Below are positions 58,245-64,000 of a stretch of DNA of 64,000 nucleotides, one piece after another. The notes below the pieces were generated by a model. That model had not been told where the DNA came from, did no database searches, and saw only the letters and a list, made by a program, of their open reading frames with translations. Within the stretch, counting starts at the first letter, position 1; every line of letters begins with the position of its first letter. Made by a program: the position numbers and the translations under genes. This stretch comes from an uncultured delta proteobacterium (lineage in GTDB: Bacteria; Myxococcota_A; Polyangia; Fen-1088), in the NCBI GenBank assembly GCA_963796685.1, contig CAWCMR010000025.1, forward strand, positions 416,001-480,000. The letters are read 5' to 3'.

Positions 58245-59735
58245 GTGCCGCACCGGAAGTCGCAACTGCCCGAATCGCTGCTCGACATCCAGCACGCCAT
58301 CGAAGAGCACGCGCGCGGCTACGGCCTCGATTTTTGGGAGACCAGCTTCGCGGTTCTCGACTACAAGCGCATGCAAGAGGTGGCGGCGTTCGGCGGCTTT
58401 CCCGTGCGCTACCCGCACTGGCGCTTCGGCATGGAGTTCGATCACCTGAGCAAGAGCCACATCTACGGCCTCTCGCAGATTTACGAGATGGTGATCAACA
58501 ACAACCCGGCCTACGCCTACCTGCTCGAAGGCAATTCCATGGTCGACCAGAAGATGGTCATGGCCCACGTGCTCGGCCACGTCGACTTCTTCAAGAACAA
58601 CTACTACTTCTCCAAGACCAATCGCAAGATGATGGACAACATGGCCAACCACGCCACGCGCGTGCGACGGCACATCGAGCGGTTCGGTCTCGACAAGGTG
58701 GAAGGCTTCATCGATGTCTGTTTGTCCATCGACAACCTCATCGACCCCATGTCGCCCTTCATCGTGCGCCACGAGACGCAGCACCCCGAGGAAGACGAGC
58801 CGCCACCCGTCGAAGTGCCGCGGCTGCGCGCCAAGTCCTATATGGACAAGTTCATCAACCCGCCCGCGTACATGGACGAACGCCGGCGCAAGCTGCAGGA
58901 GGAGCGCGAGAAGCCCAAGCGCAACCCGCCCGAGCCCGAGCGCGACGTGCTGTTGTTCCTGTTGCAGAACGCGCCGCTCGAAGCCTGGGAGCGCGACGTG
59001 CTCGAAATCGTGCGCGACGAGGCCTACTACTTTGCGCCCCAGCGCCAGACCAAGATCTTGAACGAAGGCTGGGCCTCCTACTGGCACAGCAAACTGATGA
59101 CCCAGAAGATCCTGGACGCCTCCGAGCTCGTCGACTACGCCGATCACAACGCCGCCGTGCTCGCGGCCGCGCCCGGCCAGTTCAATCCCTACAAAGTCGG
59201 CATCAGCTTGCTTCGCTACGTGGAGGAGCGCTGGGACAAGGGCCGCTTCGGCAAGGACTGGAGCGAGTGCGACGACTACGACGCGCGCCACGCCTGGGAC
59301 AAGCAGCTCGGTCTGGGACGGCAGAAGATCTTCGAGGTGCGCAGGCTGTACAACGACCTGACCTTCATCGACGAATTCTTCACCGAGGACTTCTGCTACG
59401 AAAACCAGTTCTTCTCGTTCGCGCGCAATGCCAGCTCGGGCAACTACGAAATCGACGCGCGCGAATTCAAGAAGGTCAAGAGCAAGCTCCTCTACCAGCT
59501 CACCAATTTCGGCGAGCCGTTCATCCTCGTCGAGGACAGCAACCACGACAACCGCGGCGAGCTCCTCCTGCACCATCGCCACGAAGGCGTGGATCTGCAC
59601 CTCGACCACAGCCGCGCCACCATGGCGGCGCTGCACCGCATATGGCACCGGCCGATTTGCCTGCAGACCGTCATCGAGGGAAAACCCCGCCAGCTTCGCT
59701 TCGACGGCACCGACCACACCGAGCGAGCACTGTAG
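58245..59735 (+). CDS. spoVR: SpoVR family protein
   Basis: [41 protein letters not shown]. Confidence 0.95.
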   Translation: MPHRKSQLPESLLDIQHAIEEHARGYGLDFWETSFAVLDYKRMQEVAAFGGFPVRYPHWRFGMEFDHLSKSHIYGLSQIYEMVINNNPAYAYLLEGNSMVDQKMVMAHVLGHVDFFKNNYYFSKTNRKMMDNMANHATRVRRHIERFGLDKVEGFIDVCLSIDNLIDPMSPFIVRHETQHPEEDEPPPVEVPRLRAKSYMDKFINPPAYMDERRRKLQEEREKPKRNPPEPERDVLLFLLQNAPLEAWERDVLEIVRDEAYYFAPQRQTKILNEGWASYWHSKLMTQKILDASELVDYADHNAAVLAAAPGQFNPYKVGISLLRYVEERWDKGRFGKDWSECDDYDARHAWDKQLGLGRQKIFEVRRLYNDLTFIDEFFTEDFCYENQFFSFARNASSGNYEIDAREFKKVKSKLLYQLTNFGEPFILVEDSNHDNRGELLLHHRHEGVDLHLDHSRATMAALHRIWHRPICLQTVIEGKPRQLRFDGTDHTERAL

Positions 59736-59747
59736 CAGCAACGCAGG

Positions 59748-60263
59748 CTACGGGCGGCGGGCGATCTGCAAGGCATCTTTCGGGATCTCGTCGATCCAGC
59801 CGGCCTTGGAATCGGGAAAGGCGTCGGCGTAGGGGATGTAGGGCTTCACGTCCAGAATGGGCGTGCCGTCGATCAAGTCGATGCCCCGCACGTGCAGGTT
59901 GCAGCCCTCGATGCGCAGCAAGCGGACCGCGGACAGGCCAAGGGGATTGGGCCTGTCGGGCGAACGCGTGGCGAACAGGCTCCGCCGCTCGCGGGTGCCG
60001 CGCGGCGGCCGCACCATGGGCGCCCAGGTGCCGCCGCGATGAAGCCAGCTCAGGATCCAGATGCGTTCCACGCCCACGAGATCCGCGAACGCGCCCGCGG
60101 GCATTCGTTCCGCGTCCATCTCCAGCACCGCCTCGGCGTCCGAATCCACCGCCGTCGCCTGTTGGGGGGTGCCGAAACGCCGATGGTACGGCGACGAGAC
60201 CCAGCCGATGGGCGTCAGCGAAAATGGGCCGTTTGGTCGTTCGCACTTGGAAGACGCAGACAT
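59748..60263 (-). CDS. tsaA: tRNA m6t6A37 methyltransferase TrmO/TsaA
   Basis: PIG, FATRSPDRPNPLGLS, DLIDGTPILDVKPY. Confidence 0.92.
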   Translation of the reverse strand: MSASSKCERPNGPFSLTPIGWVSSPYHRRFGTPQQATAVDSDAEAVLEMDAERMPAGAFADLVGVERIWILSWLHRGGTWAPMVRPPRGTRERRSLFATRSPDRPNPLGLSAVRLLRIEGCNLHVRGIDLIDGTPILDVKPYIPYADAFPDSKAGWIDEIPKDALQIARRP

Positions 60264-60480
60264 GGGTGGACTCTATCGGCGCGGCCCGGCGGTGCCAATC
60301 GCCACGTGCCCGCACCCGGGCCAGGTTGAGCAAAATGACTTTCACACCATGGCGCTCGAATTGACGGCGATCACAGCCGCAGCCTGGACATGACGTGCCG
60401 AATGATTGCGCGAGAAGAGGGCTTCATCTTCGTGCGGTCGGAGGTATGTTTGTCTTCTTCGATCACACGAGGGGGGGAAG

Positions 60481-61167
60481 ATGGCCATTTTTTCCAAGAA
60501 GAACAGCGCGAAGCGGTCCGAGGATCAAGCCAAGGTGATTCTCGACGAGTCATTGGAAGGAAAGCCGGTGGAGAGCCCAGCCGGCAAGGAGTCGGCTGTC
60601 ACGGAGACCGCCGGGGCCCCGGCCGAGCAACCGGAGACCGCCTCATCTCCCGGCGCCGAGCCCGTGGCGACCGAGCCGGAGGCGAGCACGACAGCGAACG
60701 GCGAGGCCGAGCGCGCCAAGGCCGATCATCAGGATGACGTCGAGCCAGAGGCCATCGAAACGCCGGCGGTCGTCCCCATCGAACGTCGCTTCGGCATCGA
60801 CGACGCCATTCAACTGATGCGCTCGCTGCCGGCCGATCCGAATTCGGCCCTGGTGGTGCGCGTGGTGCGCGTCACCCTGGGGGCGGTCAACGTCAGCGTC
60901 GAGGAAATCGTCGAGGATGCGACTCGCAAGGAGACGCGGATCAAGGAGAGCATCTCGGGGCTCGAGGCGAAGATCGTCGAGCTCGAGGGGCAGCTCGGGG
61001 CCTTGCGCCGCGAGATCGCGGCCCACCAAGCCGATCTCAAGGAAACCGTCAACGTGCGCGAGCGGCTGCACCTGGCCGATCAGTACCCGGGACCCAAACC
61101 ACCGCCTACCCCCATCTCGGCGACGCTGGCGCGCCTGACCCCTTCCAAGCCCATCTCGTCGAGCTAG
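60481..61167 (+). CDS. Hypothetical protein (acidic N-terminus, FGIDDAIQLMRSLP motif, coiled coil)
   Basis: Purine-rich RBS and high-GC3 codon pattern; no known domain recognised. Confidence 0.75.
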   Translation: MAIFSKKNSAKRSEDQAKVILDESLEGKPVESPAGKESAVTETAGAPAEQPETASSPGAEPVATEPEASTTANGEAERAKADHQDDVEPEAIETPAVVPIERRFGIDDAIQLMRSLPADPNSALVVRVVRVTLGAVNVSVEEIVEDATRKETRIKESISGLEAKIVELEGQLGALRREIAAHQADLKETVNVRERLHLADQYPGPKPPPTPISATLARLTPSKPISSS

Positions 61168-61212
61168 TAGCCCACTCTAGACCTGCTCGCAATCCTGGGC
61201 CAAGATGCGCCC

Positions 61213-61593
61213 GTGACCAAGGACGAAGCCCTCAAAGCTCTTGAAGATGCCGAGGTGATTCCCTGCGTCTCGGCCGGAATCGCCGATGCCAAGGAAGTTC
61301 TCGAAGCCTGCCTGGCGGCGAACATTCCCGCGGTGCTCGATCGCCAGGATTCGTGCGGCGACCACGGCGGATCCTGTTCGGCGCGCATCGACCTGTGCGT
61401 GCGGCCCGACGACCTGCCCAAGGTCATGGCTATGATGCACGCGCGCTGGCAGAACCTGCTCGATCAGGAGGGTACCCTGCCCGACCGCGGAGGCGCCTGC
61501 GCGGACAGCGACGAGCCGCCCTGTCCCGCCTGCGGCCTCGCCGCGCCCCTGGTCGATGGCGCCTGTCGCGAATGCGGCCTTCAGCTTGAATAG
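61213..61593 (+). CDS. Hypothetical DUF2007-like protein with C-terminal zinc ribbon
   Basis: CPACG...CRECG; L.A.IPA..., LCVRPDD. Confidence 0.75.
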   Translation: MTKDEALKALEDAEVIPCVSAGIADAKEVLEACLAANIPAVLDRQDSCGDHGGSCSARIDLCVRPDDLPKVMAMMHARWQNLLDQEGTLPDRGGACADSDEPPCPACGLAAPLVDGACRECGLQLE

Positions 61594-61628
61594 GTTCTTG
61601 CGGCGCTCCGGCGTAGAATAGGCGTCCC

Positions 61629-62210
61629 ATGCCCACCGATGACCTAGCGCCCGGGATGCTCCTGGCGGCACCCAGCCTGCGCGATCCCAACTTCATGCAC
61701 AGCGTGGTCCTGCTCGGACGCTCGGGCGACGACGGAGCGCTGGGCTGGGTCGTGAACGGCCGCGAGCTGATGTCGGTGAGCGAGCTTTTGACCTCCTCGG
61801 AGTTGATTCCGCCGGGAACCACGGTGCCCGACTCGCCGGCCTTCGCCTCGGCCGTTCGCCTGGGTGGTCCGGTGGCGCCCGCGGCGGGCTGGCTGCTCTA
61901 CCGCCGTCAGCCCGACCCCCTGCCAGGGGAGATCACCGTGGGCACGGAAATCGGCGTGACGGGAGAAATGGCCGCCTTCAGCGCGCTCATGGAAGGCCGG
62001 GGGCCGACGGACTTCCGCATGTTGCTTGGTTGCGCCGGTTGGGCACCAGGCCAGCTCGAGGCCGAGATCAGCGCAGGGGCCTGGCTTCCGGCGCCCGTCG
62101 AGGCCGGGCTGGTGATGGATTCCCAAGCCGCCTTTGTCTGGGACGAGGCCTATCACCTGACCGTGGGTACCGAGCCAGCGGCGTTCTCGCGTCACCGCGG
62201 CAAGGCATAG
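61629..62210 (+). CDS. YqgE/AlgH family protein
   Basis: LLAAPSLRDPNF..SVV, GGPV, GCAGWAPGQLEAEI..GAW. Confidence 0.92.
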   Translation: MPTDDLAPGMLLAAPSLRDPNFMHSVVLLGRSGDDGALGWVVNGRELMSVSELLTSSELIPPGTTVPDSPAFASAVRLGGPVAPAAGWLLYRRQPDPLPGEITVGTEIGVTGEMAAFSALMEGRGPTDFRMLLGCAGWAPGQLEAEISAGAWLPAPVEAGLVMDSQAAFVWDEAYHLTVGTEPAAFSRHRGKA

Positions 62211-62241
62211 GGGTGGCCCCAGGCCGCCTTCGCCTTCACCT

Positions 62242-62490
62242 CTACTTAACCTCGATGCGGCCCGTGCCGTGGCAGGCGACACATCGCGCGGACCGTCCGG
62301 CTGGACAGGTCGCGTCCGTGACCCACAGCTCGCCGGTGCCGGCGCAAGCAAAACAGCGCAGGCGCAAGAGCGGCTGCGGCGCAGGCTCGTATTCGATGCC
62401 ATGGTCGGCCTTGCCGGCCGGCTGGTCATCATCGTCCGATTCGGTCTCCCGGGCTCGCAGAAGGACTGGCATGCATGCCTTCTCGGCCAT
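62242..62490 (-). CDS. Small protein with a DnaJ-type zinc finger (2x CxxCxGxG)
   Basis: CFACAGTG and CVACHGTG; start uncertain. Confidence 0.6.
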   Translation of the reverse strand: MAEKACMPVLLRARETESDDDDQPAGKADHGIEYEPAPQPLLRLRCFACAGTGELWVTDATCPAGRSARCVACHGTGRIEVK

Positions 62491-62637
62491 GGCGCCGCCG
62501 AAGTTGCGAGCGGACATTCCGTCGGATCGGATCCTGGTAATCCTGGGCGGCCATTCGGCCGGAGGTGCGCTGTATCGGTGCCGGCGGGTTCATGATACAT
62601 TTTTCACTGGGCGTATGAGTCCCTTCGGTCAAGGCAC

Positions 62638-64000
<1,363 letters not shown>

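Overview
High-GC window, very probably from a Myxococcota (Polyangia-like) genome, inferred from a MYXO-CTERM tail, Gly-/Cys-rich lipoproteins, TraB-like OmpA proteins and prkA-yeaH-spoVR. 1-13.3 kb: a decayed DUF1214/sulfotransferase remnant, then a general-stress cluster (AI-2E, glgX, lmo0937-like, NtrC-type regulator, CBS, DUF3341-like, hybrid kinase, BON) with several sigma-54 promoter motifs. 13-30 kb: glycoside hydrolases (GH15-CBM20, GH144, GH3, GH54), Omp85, fumC, two MscS genes, YtxH-like, hemerythrin and a G1-peptidase-like lipoprotein. 31.4-35.9 kb is the most striking locus: a five-gene NAD(P) transhydrogenase operon with one dI subunit but two alpha2/beta pairs. One pair is canonical. 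The other has intact reading frames and keeps its NADP(H)-binding domain but has lost the proton-channel residues I could align, suggesting a pseudo-protomer or heterodimeric transhydrogenase. 36-64 kb: surface proteins (two OmpA/TSP3 + partner operons), hslO, rnhB, tadA, amidase, MshEN-PilT plus a second PilT, prkA-yeaH-spoVR, tsaA, yqgE and a partial dnaK. Ten single-base frameshifts were found; nine lie in or beside AGCT, which points to modification-induced read errors rather than pseudogenes. No rRNA, tRNA, CRISPR array or transposase was recognised. All family calls are from motif recognition by eye; no searches were run.
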